NCBI GenBank assembly: GCA_052279835.1
Contig: CP181291.1
Location: 6,080,001-6,144,000, forward strand
DNA length: 64,000 bases
Source: Microcoleus sp.
Lineage (GTDB): Bacteria; Cyanobacteriota; Cyanobacteriia; Cyanobacteriales; Microcoleaceae
Reading direction: 5' to 3'
The translations under genes were made by a program, and so were the position numbers. This document shows positions 1 to 11,495 of this stretch, piece by piece (the stretch's first letter is position 1; every line of letters starts with the position of its first letter). The notes beneath the pieces are model-generated. The model was not told the DNA's origin, did no database searches, and saw only the letters and a list, made by a program, of their open reading frames with translations.

Positions 1-105
1 CTGTGCGCTTACATAGGCGCTCACTGGTGGTACTGGGGAATAGAGCGGAATTTGGTCTTGGGCGATCGCCAAACAGGCTACATTGTCATTCCCCAACTTC
101 CGTAA
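1..105 (+). CDS. Possible 3' end of a gene entering from the left edge (…LCAYIGAHWWYWGIERNLVLGDRQTGYIVIPQLP*)
   Basis: Frame 1 is open from base 1 to TAA at 103-105, and intergenic-type repeats follow directly. The product cannot be identified. Confidence 0.35.
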   Translation: MCAYIGAHWWYWGIERNLVLGDRQTGYIVIPQLP

Positions 106-113
106 GGTCGAGA

Positions 114-366
114 ATTGGTAATTGGTAATTGGTAATTGGTAATTGGTAATTGGTAATAGGTAATTGGTAATGCCCTATACCCTTCCCCCCCAGGGGGGGG
201 TCAGGGGGGGGGTTCCCATGCCCCATACTTCGACCCTGAGCGTAGTCGAAGGGCAGTACAAGTTACCGATTACCCATTACCCATTCCCCATTCCCCATTA
301 CCCATTCCCCATTCCCCATTACCCATTACCCATTACCTAGTACCCACCTAACTGAGAAAGGCTATA
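114..366. repeat. Composite repeat tract: (ATTGGTA)n and (TTACCCA/TTCCCCA)n heptamers, a G/C hairpin repeat and a nested small dispersed repeat
   Basis: ATTGGTA about x8 at 114-170; CCCCCCCAGGGGGGGG hairpin at about 185-212; ATACTTCGA[CCCTGAGCGTAGTCGAAGGG]CAGTACAAGT at 225-263; heptamers at 268-337; CACCTAACTGAGAAAGGCTATA at about 345-366, also found at about 26980-27001. Confidence 0.85.
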
Positions 367-370
367 CCTT

Positions 371-2930
371 CTAATGTGCCCAGAGAATCACACCAGGTTC
401 ATAGGGGCTGCTGAGATTTTCGTGCTTCGGCAAAACCCGGAGGGACAAACCTTGCAAGCCGCTAGAAGTATAGGTAATGTCCGCCGTATAAAGACTAGCA
501 TTGTGACCATCTTGTCCCAAATACTCCATCACCATCGGCACACCACCAACAATTTCTCCGTTAACATCGATCGAACCTTGATACAGTTCCACTTGCACGT
601 CAGCCGGCGTCAGCCCCATCAGATTGATCCGAGCTTTAACATCGATCGACTGATTGACCTTAACTTCCTGATCCTGGGAAATATCAACAGCCTCAATCTT
701 AATGTCGTGCCACTTTTGCAGCAAATTCTGCTTCCAGTGAGACAACTCCTTAGCCGGAGCGCAATTATCCTTAGTCATCGCGTAGAATCGATCGCTCACC
801 GGGAAATAAGCCCGCCGTGCGTAATCCTTCACCATCCGAGCCGTATTGAAGAAAGGACAATTCAAACGAATAGAATCCTTCATCTTCTCTGTCCAACCGC
901 GCGGAATTCCATCAGAATCCCGGTTATAAAACAGCGGTACAACTTCCTTCTCCATCAACTCGTACAAAGCATTAGCTTCGACATCATCCTGATACTTAGT
1001 ATCTTCGTAAAACTCCCCATGTCCGATCGGCCAACCGGTCCGAACATAATCAGCCTCATCCCACCAGCCATCAAGAATACTCAGATTGGGCAAACCATTC
1101 ATCGAAGCCTTCATCCCGGAAGTACCAGAAGCCTCACGAGGGCGACGCGGCGTATTCAGCCAGACATCGCAGCCCGACACCATCATCCGAGCGACATTAA
1201 TGTCATAATTCGGCAAAAACACCATCGAACTCATCGTGTCGTGTTCGCGGATGAAGTGAACAATATCCCGAATCAATTCCTTACCCGGAATATCCATCGG
1301 GTGAGCCTTCCCAGCAATCACAAATTGCACCGGGCGGTTTTGATCTCGCATAATCCGCATAATGCGATCGACATCACGCAAGAATAGCGTAGCTCGTTTG
1401 TAAGTAGCAAAACGACGAGCAAACCCGATGGTCAACACCTTCGGATTCAGAGCCTCCCGTGCGTGTTCGATCTCGCCTGGAGCAGCGCCCCGTTCCCGCA
1501 AAGTCTTTTGTAGCCACTCCCGCGCGAACACCACCAACTCCGATCGACAGCGTTCGTGATTCCGCCACAATTCCTCATCAGGAATCGAAGCCATCTTATC
1601 CCACAGGCGATCGTCCTTACGAGTCATTTCCCAATCCGGGCCAAGGTAGCGATCGTACAACTCCTGAGTAGACTTAGCCACACAACTGCGAGCGTGAACC
1701 CCGTTGGTAATCGAAGTAATCGGCACTTCTTCCTGTGGCAAACCCGGCCACAGCCCCCCAAACATCGGGCGAGAAACGACACCGTGCAAAGCCGCCACCC
1801 CATTGACAAAACTCGACATTTTGATAGCGAGAATTGCCATATTCAGAGGTGCGGAGGCATCCCCCGTATTTTCCCGGCCCAGGCCCAGAAAATCCTCTTG
1901 GGACAACCCAAAAATCTTGGGATATTGACCGAGATAGTGCATTACCATACTCGGCTCGAACAAGTCAAACCCCGCAGGGACAGGCGTGTGAGTCGTAAAC
2001 ATACTACTAGATATCACCACCTGTTCGGCTTCTGTGAAACTCAGGTGATGTTCCTCCATAAGTATGCGTATCCGTTCCAAAGCCATGAAAGCCGCGTGCC
2101 CTTCATTCATGTGGTAAGCCGTGACAGTCAGCCCCAAAGCCTTGAGCATTTTCACACCACCAATGCCCAGCATGATTTCTTGGTGCATCCGCAGGGTTTT
2201 ATCACCGCCGTAAAGTTGGTCGGTAATATCTTGATCGTAGCGACTGTTCGGTTCAATATTCGTATCCATCAGGTACAGAGGCACCGTACCCACTTGCACC
2301 CGCCAAATCCGCGCGTAAACCTTGCGGCCCGGATAGTCTACCTCAATCCGCAATTCTGAACCGTCGGGATTCCGTTCCAGATGGAGCGGCATATTGTAAA
2401 AATCGTTAAGCGGATAACGTTCTTGTTGCCAACCGTCGGCATTGAGATACTGGGAGAAATAGCCTTCTTGGTAAAGCAAGCCCACGCCGACGAGGGGCAA
2501 TCCCAAATCGCTCGCAGATTTCAGGTGGTCTCCAGCCAGGACGCCCAAACCGCCGGAATAAATGGGCAGGGCTTTGACCAAGCCAAATTCCATCGAAAAG
2601 TAAGCGTAGCATTCTTCCAGGTCTGTGCCCCGCTGTTTGCGGTACCAGGCGCGATTTTTGAGATAATCCTCTAACTGCTGGGCGGCTCGGTTCATTTGGG
2701 CAATGAAGCCCTTGTCTTCGGCCATTTCTTGCAGTCGCTCTTGAGAAATGGTTCCTAGCATCAGCACTGGGTTTTGGTTGCTGGAGTCCCATAGGGTCTC
2801 TATCGAGGCGGCGGAATAAGTCTTTTGTTTCTACGTTCCAGTCCCAGTGCAAGTTGTAGGCAAGCTTGCGTAGGGGTTCGAGAATTGTGGGTAGGGAAGG
2901 GGAAACGTTAAATGTGCGAATCGGCTGCAT
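371..2930 (-). pseudogene. glgP: Alpha-glucan (glycogen) phosphorylase with a +1 frameshift near 2794-2796 (real lesion or sequencing error)
   Basis: The N-terminus MQPIRTFNVSPSLP…LAYNLHWDW (ATG at 2930) is in one frame, and the body with YSGGLGVLAGDHLKSASD and EASGTSGMK is in the 371..2767 frame. Removing one G from GGG at 2794-2796 gives …LDRDLWDSSNQNPVLML. Confidence 0.9.
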
Positions 2931-3151
2931 AGACAAATTTTCTATTGTCGGGTAGCGATATTTTCCTCTTTCTTTGGGAACAAGTCGGCTATTCTGCACA
3001 CTATTTTAATTTTTTGAGTCCCAAGAAGAGGGAAGAAGGCAAAAACTATGCCCCATTCCCGATGCTTGGACTACCCTTCGACTACGCCAGGGAACTTGTG
3101 CCCCATGCCCCATCCGAGAGCTTCGCTTCGCCCCATCCCCCATTTGACAAA

Positions 3152-6100
3152 TTAAGCAATTTTTGCCTTTTTCAACAGAGAATCGATCAAAATTTTAGTA
3201 GCATCATTGGCTGATAGCGGAGGGCTAAAGTAGTAACCTTGAATTTCTTGACAATGGAGCGATCGCAAACATTCCAACTGCTGTTTAGTTTCCACCCCTT
3301 CTGCCACCACATTCAAATTCAAGTCTCGCCCCAGAGTGGCTACAGCATTGGCGATCGCCCTTTCCGACAGGTCATTGGTCAGCCCGCTGACAAAAGATTT
3401 GTCTATTTTCAATATATTAAGTGGAAATTTTTTGAGATAAGTTAAAGAACAATAACCCGTTCCGAAATCATCCAGCGCAATCTGCACTCCCATATTCTGC
3501 AACTGCGTCAGCACTTTTTTCGTATACTCCATATCTTGCATGGCGGTACTTTCGGTAATTTCCAACTCTAAATACTTCGGTTCTAGACCAGTTTTTTCCA
3601 AGCAATCCGACACCATTTTTAATAAATTGAATTGCTGGAATTGCCTCGCCGAAAAGTTAACTGCTATCCGTAAGTCTGGCTGTAAAGCATCCTGCCAAGC
3701 TTTGTTTTGTTTGCAAGCAGTTTCCAGAACCCATTCCCCAATCGATACAATTAGTCCATTCTCTTCTGCCAACGGAATAAACGTATTGGGATAAATCAAA
3801 CCTAATTCTGGATGATACCAGCGCAGCAACGCTTCCATGCCCTGTATCTTCCAAGTAGTAATATTCACTCTTGGCTGATAGTAAAGCTCAAATTCTCCTT
3901 GTTCAGGAGCATCATGCAGCTTACTTTCTAAAATCAGCAACTGACTGCCTTGAGGATTAATTGTTGAGTTATAAAACTGATAGTTATTTCTTCCCCTTTC
4001 TTTCGCCCGGTACAAAGCAGCATCTGCATTTTTCACTAAAGTTTCCGCATCCTCTCCATCATCGGGATAGAGAGCAATCCCGATGCTGCTAGTGATGTGC
4101 AGTGACTGTTCTTCCAGTTTAAATACAGGCTTTAAACTCTCTTGTATTCTTTGAGCAGTTCTGACTGCATCTTCCGGCGAATTGATGTCTGGTAGTAGCA
4201 CTGTAAATTCGTCGCCACCCCAGCGGGCTACCGTATCAGTTCCTCGCAAAGTGTCGTTGATGCGGGCGGCAAAAATTTCCAACAGTCGATCGCCCGCTGC
4301 GTGACCTAGGGTATCATTAATCTTCTTGAACCTGTCTAAGTCTAAAAACATCACAGCTAATATTTTTTTGGTATTTTTAAGCTGTTTTAATGACGTGGAA
4401 AGTCGCTGGTTAAAAAGTATACGGTTAGGCAAACCAGTAAGTTGATCGTAAACAGCTTGATAGCGAATAATTTCTTCAGCTTGTTTGCGCTCAGTGATAT
4501 CCATCATAGTGCCGATCGCCCGCACCGCTTGGCCACTTTCATTACGGATAATATAGCCCCGGTCTAGCACAAAAACATATCTGCCATCCGCACAGCGAAA
4601 GCTATATTCTTCTAACCAATATTGAGCCTCTCCTGCTAGGGTATTATTGAAATTTTTTATCACTTTTTCCCGTTCTTCGGGATGAATCTTATCTGACCAA
4701 AATCCCAAATTGATAGTCTGATTATTATAAATTTTATAACCAAATAATTTATCAAATTCTTCGCTCCACCATAACTCTTCCTTCACCAAATCTAAGTCCC
4801 AAACAGCATCATTTGTCGCTCGCGTCAGCAGGTTAAACCGTTCTTCACTTTTACGCAGTGCTTCTTCACCGCGCAGCCGTTCCGTGACATCCCGAAAACT
4901 GAAGACTCTGCCAGTAATTTTGCCTCCCGTGCGCTGTGGTATGGAGTAGCGCTCAAAAATTCTACCATCTTTAAATTCGATGATATCGTAACTTTCTAAC
5001 TCCGGTAGCTCGGACAATTCTTGAGAGCGTTTGAGAAAAGTTTCTGGATACTTTAATTGATTAATTCCAAACCCTAAAATTTGATTATTAGAGCGGGAAT
5101 CGAGCAGGAAATCCGGCACTTGCCACATTTGGGCAAACTTGCTATTAAAGGTGAGAATTTTTCCTTGGCTGTCAACGGCAAGAATGCCATCAGCAGTGGA
5201 TTCAATGGTGGCTTGCAGTAAGGAAAGAGACCTTTCTAGTTCTAAATCTGATAATTTGCGATCGCTAATATCAAAAGCAGTGACTAATATAGAACCTTTT
5301 CGCTCAAACTTAATCAGATCTAATGTTGCTTCTATCCAACGTTCCTCTCCGCTTTTTGAAATAAGTAAAATTTCATGTTTTAAATTACCTTTTTTGCGAT
5401 GTTCGCTAACTTTTCCCCACTTTTTAACTACGGAACGAAACTCAGGATGAATTAAATCATACAAATCCATTGATAACAATTCTTCGCGACTATATCCCGT
5501 AATAGCTTCCGTTTGAGAATTGACATAGCACAATTGTCTGCCTTGATAGATAAATGCAGCAGCATTCACAGTTTCTACCAGTTGTCGAAACTTTTTTTCA
5601 CTGCGACGCAAATCTCTTTCTACCCGCTTGTTTTCCGTAATATCTTGGGCTACATATAATTTGCCACTTACCTCGCCTTTTCCATCGCGAATAGTGGAAA
5701 TAGATAGGAGTACAATTATCTTTCTGCCATGTTTCGACAAATAAACTTTCTCGACGTTGCGGACAGAATCTCCCGCTGTTAAATTTTCACTGTCTCGCCC
5801 AGCCAGCGGTAATTCTGTTTTCTTAAAAATGGTGGCTATGGGTTTCCCGATTAACTCTTTTTTCGAGTATCCTAAGAGTTGGCAGGTAGCATAATTTAAC
5901 GATAAAATATTCCCGGTGGGCGTAGTGGCAACGATTGATACACTAATATCTTCAAAAATATCCAGAGCGTATTCGGCAGTTTGTTGCAAATCTTGAGTCA
6001 TTTTCGCAATAGTATGCCCTATATTCGGCTCGTTGTTTCTCGCTTCTGAATTGAGATTTTTGGCTGAGTTACTATTAATATTTTTCCCGTCTAAATTAAA

Positions 6101-6496
6101 TTTTACGATCGCCTTTAATAACATACTCGCCATATTAGTTCTCATCAATAAAGAAACTAATACTGACATAAAAGCCAGATAATAAGCTATCTGATTTAAA
6201 CTATAATTATCTGTTGGATTTTTATTGGTATCCGTATCTATAAAAAAATCTGTAGAGGAATTCCTCACCTTAATGCCATCGGATTTGTTAACTAAATCGA
6301 CTTTGCCAGCAGGAGTAGCTCCCCAATCCCCTGGCGAATCGTCATAATTCTGAGGCAATACCTGACTACTGTTTACAGAAAAATTACCGTATTGGTTGGC
6401 GGCGTTTCCTGGCAATAATTTCAAATTAATAGAGCCGATCAGACAGAAAATAGCACCAGTTAAATATCCTAAAAGTAATTGACCAGTAATTTTCAT
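3152..6496 (-). CDS. Membrane-anchored multi-PAS diguanylate cyclase/phosphodiesterase (GGDEF-EAL)
   Basis: Two hydrophobic N-terminal segments, four PAS-like repeats, an RGTD I-site followed by WGGDEF, then MEALLRW, ELEITES and LDDFGTGY. Confidence 0.93.
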   Translation of the reverse strand: MKITGQLLLGYLTGAIFCLIGSINLKLLPGNAANQYGNFSVNSSQVLPQNYDDSPGDWGATPAGKVDLVNKSDGIKVRNSSTDFFIDTDTNKNPTDNYSLNQIAYYLAFMSVLVSLLMRTNMASMLLKAIVKFNLDGKNINSNSAKNLNSEARNNEPNIGHTIAKMTQDLQQTAEYALDIFEDISVSIVATTPTGNILSLNYATCQLLGYSKKELIGKPIATIFKKTELPLAGRDSENLTAGDSVRNVEKVYLSKHGRKIIVLLSISTIRDGKGEVSGKLYVAQDITENKRVERDLRRSEKKFRQLVETVNAAAFIYQGRQLCYVNSQTEAITGYSREELLSMDLYDLIHPEFRSVVKKWGKVSEHRKKGNLKHEILLISKSGEERWIEATLDLIKFERKGSILVTAFDISDRKLSDLELERSLSLLQATIESTADGILAVDSQGKILTFNSKFAQMWQVPDFLLDSRSNNQILGFGINQLKYPETFLKRSQELSELPELESYDIIEFKDGRIFERYSIPQRTGGKITGRVFSFRDVTERLRGEEALRKSEERFNLLTRATNDAVWDLDLVKEELWWSEEFDKLFGYKIYNNQTINLGFWSDKIHPEEREKVIKNFNNTLAGEAQYWLEEYSFRCADGRYVFVLDRGYIIRNESGQAVRAIGTMMDITERKQAEEIIRYQAVYDQLTGLPNRILFNQRLSTSLKQLKNTKKILAVMFLDLDRFKKINDTLGHAAGDRLLEIFAARINDTLRGTDTVARWGGDEFTVLLPDINSPEDAVRTAQRIQESLKPVFKLEEQSLHITSSIGIALYPDDGEDAETLVKNADAALYRAKERGRNNYQFYNSTINPQGSQLLILESKLHDAPEQGEFELYYQPRVNITTWKIQGMEALLRWYHPELGLIYPNTFIPLAEENGLIVSIGEWVLETACKQNKAWQDALQPDLRIAVNFSARQFQQFNLLKMVSDCLEKTGLEPKYLELEITESTAMQDMEYTKKVLTQLQNMGVQIALDDFGTGYCSLTYLKKFPLNILKIDKSFVSGLTNDLSERAIANAVATLGRDLNLNVVAEGVETKQQLECLRSLHCQEIQGYYFSPPLSANDATKILIDSLLKKAKIA

Positions 6497-6623
6497 TTGC
6501 TCCCGTTCCTGATTTTAAATAAATCATTCTCACCTTATCAAAAGGTGGAAAAATTGACTAGAATTTTAAGTATGCAAATCAAAATATGACAGCTTAATTT
6601 AACTTTATTTTTGCCACTAAACT

Positions 6624-6728
6624 TATATAGCATAGCAGTCGTAAAAATTTTTACCCCACCCCAACCCTCCCCTTGTTAAGGGGAGGGAGTAAGAAATTCA
6701 CGGCGCGTGATGCGAGGATTGCTATATA
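6624..6728. mobile_element. MITE-like element with TATATAGCA/TGCTATATA ends and an internal CCCTCCCCTTGTTAAGGGGAGGG hairpin
   Basis: The terminal inverted repeats and the internal palindrome are visible in the sequence. Confidence 0.55.
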
Positions 6729-6939
6729 AATATTCAAATCATCCTCCCAATCCACTACAATCTTAATATTATTTTGCAATATGTCATTGGCCATTGTGCC
6801 AAAAATTATGCGACATTATGCTTAGACAGCACCCGCGATCGCCCTCAACTAAAAAAATTCTAACAGAGAACTCTAGGAGACCTGTCAGAAAAATCAACAA
6901 TTAGCTTAAAATCTATGCAAAGGCCCACTAATTGAAACA

Positions 6940-7512
6940 ATGAGTCAGACCCTGCCAGAACTCCAAACAGAAGTCCGCACCATGCAAGCAGAAATTGCCA
7001 CCCTGCAAGAGTCGCGGGAAAAACTATACAAACAGCGCTCGTCCTGCCGCGTCACAGTCAGCTTTCCCAAGAACAATACCCCGGAAGCTATTGCCGAGTT
7101 CCACCGACAAAATGCTGCTTTTGGCGAGCAATGGTTGCAGCAACTCGAAGAGATTGACCGAGAAATCAGAAGTCTGGAAAAGCAATTGCAACAAAAACAG
7201 GTTTTATTTGAATATAAACAAGCTGAATTGGACAAAATGCTAGCCCAACAGCACTGGCAAGATATAGAAAATAAAGTTCAGACTGGGGAAAAGCACTTGG
7301 AAGCACAAGCCCGCCGGATTAATCAGATAGCAGCCCAGCTAGAAGCGGAAATACGCACTTTCAAAGCGCTGTCTGATGAGTTGACTCCCAGTTATGCTGA
7401 GTGGTTTCAACAACCCAATCAAGTTGTGGAATTTTCGGCAAACACCATCCCTCAAGCAGTTGCTAAAAACAATGGGTTTATAGTAGAAAGTAAAGAGATA
7501 AACTGGGAATAA
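6940..7512 (+). CDS. Hypothetical coiled-coil protein
   Basis: 190-aa ORF with an ATG start and a Q/E/L-rich heptad pattern. Confidence 0.75.
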   Translation: MSQTLPELQTEVRTMQAEIATLQESREKLYKQRSSCRVTVSFPKNNTPEAIAEFHRQNAAFGEQWLQQLEEIDREIRSLEKQLQQKQVLFEYKQAELDKMLAQQHWQDIENKVQTGEKHLEAQARRINQIAAQLEAEIRTFKALSDELTPSYAEWFQQPNQVVEFSANTIPQAVAKNNGFIVESKEINWE

Positions 7513-7627
7513 TCATCAATATTTTTGATTCAGGTTCTGGGGAGAGTTAACGGGCATAATTTCTCACTCCCCCATCAGTCATGTACATAGGTTTTCTTTC
7601 CTGACAGCATCAAAATTTTACTTGTTA

Positions 7628-8662
7628 ATGAAACAATTAGTTTGGATACTTCTATTTATATTTGCGATTGGAGCTGCGGGTTTGGGTTCCTATTCGTGGC
7701 AGCATTTGTCACCAGTAGCCGAAGTTGGGAGGGGAGGCAATATTACGGTTTCCCAAAACCCCTCGGCATCGCCACTTCCTGCTACCAAAAAAGCAGTAGA
7801 TTTTCCCCAAATTGACCAGTCCCGTTTGTGGAAACATCTGGAAACTTTAGCCGGAGAACGGGATGGAGAGAGCGATCGCTCTTTCACCAGAAATTACATT
7901 TCTCAACACTTGAAAATAGTAGGATTTTCCCCCCAATTGCAACCCTTCGAGAGAGGAACTAACATCTTCGCCGAAAGAAAAGGTACAGACTCAACAGCCG
8001 GTGCAATTCTCGTCGCCGCCCACTACGATACTGTACTCAAATCACCCGGTGCTGATGATAATGCTACCGGAGTTGCAGTAGCTTTAGAAGTAGCACGACT
8101 GCTAGCAGCCCGTCCCACACGTCGGACACTACAAGTGGCATTTTTTGATCGAGAAGAAATCGGACTTTTAGGTAGTTTAGCATTTACCAGTAGTCCCGCG
8201 CGGTTAAAAAATTTGCAGGGAGTTGTAGTCTTGGATATGGTGGGTTATGCCTGCCATACTGCCGGATGTCAGCGATATCCCGAAGGGTTGACACCCGAAG
8301 CTTTTCTGGATGCAGCGGGGGTGACTTCTCCCAACGTGGGTGAGTTTATCGCAGTGATTGGTGATGCGGAACATCCGCAGTTATTGGGTAGTTTTGCGGA
8401 GTCGAGAAAAGCAGGTTTACCACCGATAGTGACGCTACCAGTTCCTCTGAAAGGGGTACTGACTCCCGATGTTTTGCGCAGCGATCATGCGCCTTTTTGG
8501 TATCAGGGAGTTGGTGCTGTTTTGGTGACAGATACGGCTAATTTGCGATCGCCCCATTATCACCAATCTAGCGATACCCTAGCCACCATCGATCGACCTT
8601 TTTTCGCCGGTTCTGCTCAAATCGTTGTCAACGCTACTGCTAAATTATTAGAAATGCTGTAA
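7628..8662 (+). CDS. M28 family zinc peptidase, exported or membrane-anchored
   Basis: AHYDT, PGADDNATG, FDREEIG and RSDHAPFW motifs; hydrophobic N-terminus; ATG at 7628. Confidence 0.9.
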   Translation: MKQLVWILLFIFAIGAAGLGSYSWQHLSPVAEVGRGGNITVSQNPSASPLPATKKAVDFPQIDQSRLWKHLETLAGERDGESDRSFTRNYISQHLKIVGFSPQLQPFERGTNIFAERKGTDSTAGAILVAAHYDTVLKSPGADDNATGVAVALEVARLLAARPTRRTLQVAFFDREEIGLLGSLAFTSSPARLKNLQGVVVLDMVGYACHTAGCQRYPEGLTPEAFLDAAGVTSPNVGEFIAVIGDAEHPQLLGSFAESRKAGLPPIVTLPVPLKGVLTPDVLRSDHAPFWYQGVGAVLVTDTANLRSPHYHQSSDTLATIDRPFFAGSAQIVVNATAKLLEML

Positions 8663-8710
8663 ATGTCGTAGTGCTGCTGCTTTCAGTAGGTGTATTTTGT
8701 CTATCCATTC

Positions 8711-9226
8711 TCAACCCCCTGTAAATGCTCGAAAAACCCACCCAAAAAACAGCACGCTCAAGAAAATTACACCAGCAACAATTAATGCCAAGCCCAACAG
8801 CAAAGCCGCCACAAATAACCAATCAGCTTTTTTCCCAGCAGGTTCAGGGGAACCTAAATGAGCATCCAGCAATTCTATATTCTTGACATTAGCCTTCCAA
8901 GCAACATCCAACAAATCTCCAGCCACGGGTACAGTGCCAGCAACTGTATCAAACACGATGTTAGCGGCCATTTGTACTAAAGTCTCTTGTGGCACTCCCA
9001 TTTGGGCAGATTTAAACACAACATAACCTGCAAAAATGGAACTTATTAAATCACCGCCACCCGGTATCAGTCCCAATATCGGATCGAGTCCAATCCGGTA
9101 TTTGGTGCCGGGGATGGGAATTGCATTGTCTAGTAAATTGCTGATGCGGCGGAGACGGCGCAAGGATGCAACATGGGATTTGTTGGTAGTATTTGGGGAT
9201 GAATTTTGTATAGGAGAACGGGACAT
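8711..9226 (-). CDS. DUF4112 family membrane protein
   Basis: LLDNAIPIPGTKYRIGLDPILGLIPGGGD and DVAWKANVKN signatures. Confidence 0.85.
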   Translation of the reverse strand: MSRSPIQNSSPNTTNKSHVASLRRLRRISNLLDNAIPIPGTKYRIGLDPILGLIPGGGDLISSIFAGYVVFKSAQMGVPQETLVQMAANIVFDTVAGTVPVAGDLLDVAWKANVKNIELLDAHLGSPEPAGKKADWLFVAALLLGLALIVAGVIFLSVLFFGWVFRAFTGG

Positions 9227-9419
9227 TTAGATTACTCCTGACTTTATTTCTTTGTCCGCGGAGGAGGACGAAAATTTTTGTAGAAGCGATTTCGATCGGG
9301 TGTCGTGACCTTCTTAACGTAGTCTGTGGTTAGACTTAACCGGGCTATCTCTACCAAGGAGCGATCGGGATTGTCCAGGTTTGTCCAGTGGTTCGCGGAT
9401 CGCCTAATCATATAAAACC

Positions 9420-9514
9420 CTCTCTTCTCTTCCTCTTTCCCCCCTTGGGGGGGGCAGGGGGGGGTCGTCCTTAGCGCCTTCGCGGTTAAATCATTCCGAT
9501 ACAACCAGAATTGA
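9420..9514 (+). repeat. Dispersed repeat of about 95 bp; a near-identical inverted copy lies at 37339-37433
   Basis: CCCCCCTTGGGGGGGGCAGGGGGGGGTCGTCCTT…CGCCTTCGCGGTTAAATCATTCCGATACAACCAGAATTGA matches the reverse complement of 37339-37433. Confidence 0.85.
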
Positions 9515-9599
9515 CATCATTTTTCATAACACTGAGAAACCCGGTTTCTATTCAAAACCGGGTTTCCTAATTCTAGCTGATGGCTGTTAGTTTAGCCTG

Positions 9600-11495
9600 C
9601 TATTTGTTGCCTTCAGTGAAGTCGGCATCAATTACATCGTCGCCGCCGCCAGTGGGGCCGCCGTCTCCAGGGCCACCAGGGCCACCAGGACCACCTGCTT
9701 GCTGGTACAGGTTGCTGCTAACAGCGTAGAATGCTTGTTGCAACTCGGTTGTGAGGGTTTTGATGCGATCGTCATCTTCGGTTGCGATCGCCTCGCGCAA
9801 GTCTTTGAGTAGCCCTTCAATCTTAGTTTTGTCAGCAGGGGGAACTTTATCACCCAATTCTGCCAACTGCTTCTCGATTTGATAGGCTTGAGAATCAGCT
9901 TGGTTTTTGCGATCGATCCGTTCGCGACGTTCTTTGTCAGCAGCCGCATTGGATTCGGCTTCCTTCACCATGCGCTCAACTTCATTGTTGGGCAAAGTGG
10001 AAGCACCAGTAATGCTAATAGATTGCTCCTTACCAGTACCTTTATCTTTAGCAGCTACATTCAAAATACCGTTAGCATCGATATCAAATGTAACTTCAAT
10101 TTGAGGGACGCCACGGGGAGCTGGGGGTACTCCATCTAAGCGGAATGTTCCCAAATCTTTGTTGTCGTTTGCCATTTCCCGTTCGCCTTGTAAAACGTGA
10201 ATTTCCACGTTAGTTTGGCCGTCTACAGCAGTCGAGAAAGTTTCTGACTTCTTAGTAGGAATAGTGGTGTTGCGGGGAATGATTTTGGTCATCACACCGC
10301 CCAAGGTTTCGACACCGAGGGACAGGGGAGTAACATCGAGCAACAGGATGTCTTTGACTTCGCCTGCGAGTACGCCTGCTTGAATGGCGGCACCAACTGC
10401 TACCACTTCATCCGGGTTTACCGTTTGGTTTGGGTCTTTGCCGAGGATTTTTTTGACCAGTTCTTGCACGGCTGGAATGCGTGTAGAACCGCCGACTAAG
10501 ACAACTTCATTAATGGCAGATTTGTCTAGTTTGGCGTCGCGAATTGCGTTTTCTACGGGGATTCGAGAGCGATCGATTAAATCCGAGCAGAGTTCTTCAA
10601 ACTTGGCGCGGGTCAAGGTAGTGTCCAAGTGTTTTGGCCCGTCTTGAGTCGCGGTAATAAATGGCAAGTTGATTTCTGCTTGGGTAACGCTAGACAGTTC
10701 TATCTTGGCTTTTTCTGCTGCTTCTGTCAGGCGTTGGAGTGCTTGTTTGTCTTTGCGGAGGTCAATGCCTTCGGCCCTTTGGAATTCTCCGGCGATGAAA
10801 TCCACAATTTTTTTGTCGAAGTCGTCACCACCAAGGTGAGTGTCTCCAGAAGTTGCCAATACTTCAAATACACCGTCGCCGACTTCCAGAATCGATACGT
10901 CGAAGGTACCGCCACCTAAGTCAAATACGAGGATGGTTTCGTTGCTCTTTTTATCTAACCCGTAGGCTAAAGCTGCTGCTGTAGGTTCGTTGATAATCCG
11001 CAGCACTTCAATCCCGGCAATTTTGCCAGCGTCTTTAGTAGCTTGGCGCTGGGAGTCGTTGAAGTAAGCGGGAACAGTAATTACTGCTTGGGTAACAGTT
11101 TCGCCTAGATATTTGCTGGCGTCTTCTACGAGTTTGCGCAGAACTTGGGCAGAAATTTCTTCTGGCGCAAATTGCTTGCCGCGGGCGGGACAGTCGAGTT
11201 TGAGGCTGTTTCCGACTTTGAGGACTTTATAGGAAACTTCTGTGGTTTCGTGGGTTACTTCGTCAACGCGGCGGCCGATGAACCGTTTTACTGAGTAAAA
11301 GGTGTTTTCGGCGTTCATCACGGCTTGACGCTTGGCGATTTGTCCGACAAGTTGATCGCCATTTTTGGTGAATGCTACGACGGAAGGTGTGGTGCGACCC
11401 CCTTCAGCGTTGGCAATGACGGTGGGTTTGCCGCCTTCCATAACTGCGACGCAGGAGTTTGTCGTACCTAGGTCAATTCCAACTACTTTTCCCAT
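9600..11495 (-). CDS. dnaK: Molecular chaperone DnaK (DnaK2-type)
   Basis: [27 protein letters not shown] and [10 protein letters not shown] motifs; Gly-rich tail ending DDVIDADF. Confidence 0.98.
   Translation of the reverse strand: MGKVVGIDLGTTNSCVAVMEGGKPTVIANAEGGRTTPSVVAFTKNGDQLVGQIAKRQAVMNAENTFYSVKRFIGRRVDEVTHETTEVSYKVLKVGNSLKLDCPARGKQFAPEEISAQVLRKLVEDASKYLGETVTQAVITVPAYFNDSQRQATKDAGKIAGIEVLRIINEPTAAALAYGLDKKSNETILVFDLGGGTFDVSILEVGDGVFEVLATSGDTHLGGDDFDKKIVDFIAGEFQRAEGIDLRKDKQALQRLTEAAEKAKIELSSVTQAEINLPFITATQDGPKHLDTTLTRAKFEELCSDLIDRSRIPVENAIRDAKLDKSAINEVVLVGGSTRIPAVQELVKKILGKDPNQTVNPDEVVAVGAAIQAGVLAGEVKDILLLDVTPLSLGVETLGGVMTKIIPRNTTIPTKKSETFSTAVDGQTNVEIHVLQGEREMANDNKDLGTFRLDGVPPAPRGVPQIEVTFDIDANGILNVAAKDKGTGKEQSISITGASTLPNNEVERMVKEAESNAAADKERRERIDRKNQADSQAYQIEKQLAELGDKVPPADKTKIEGLLKDLREAIATEDDDRIKTLTTELQQAFYAVSSNLYQQAGGPGGPGGPGDGGPTGGGDDVIDADFTEGNK

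Noticed and set aside
374..2674. Long plus-strand ORFs (337, 267 and 97 aa) opposite glgP
   Set aside because: Antisense shadows of a conserved gene with no recognisable motifs.
9244..9504. 86-aa ORF, and the similar ORF at 37339-37524
   Set aside because: They run through the shared dispersed repeat and show no coding signature.
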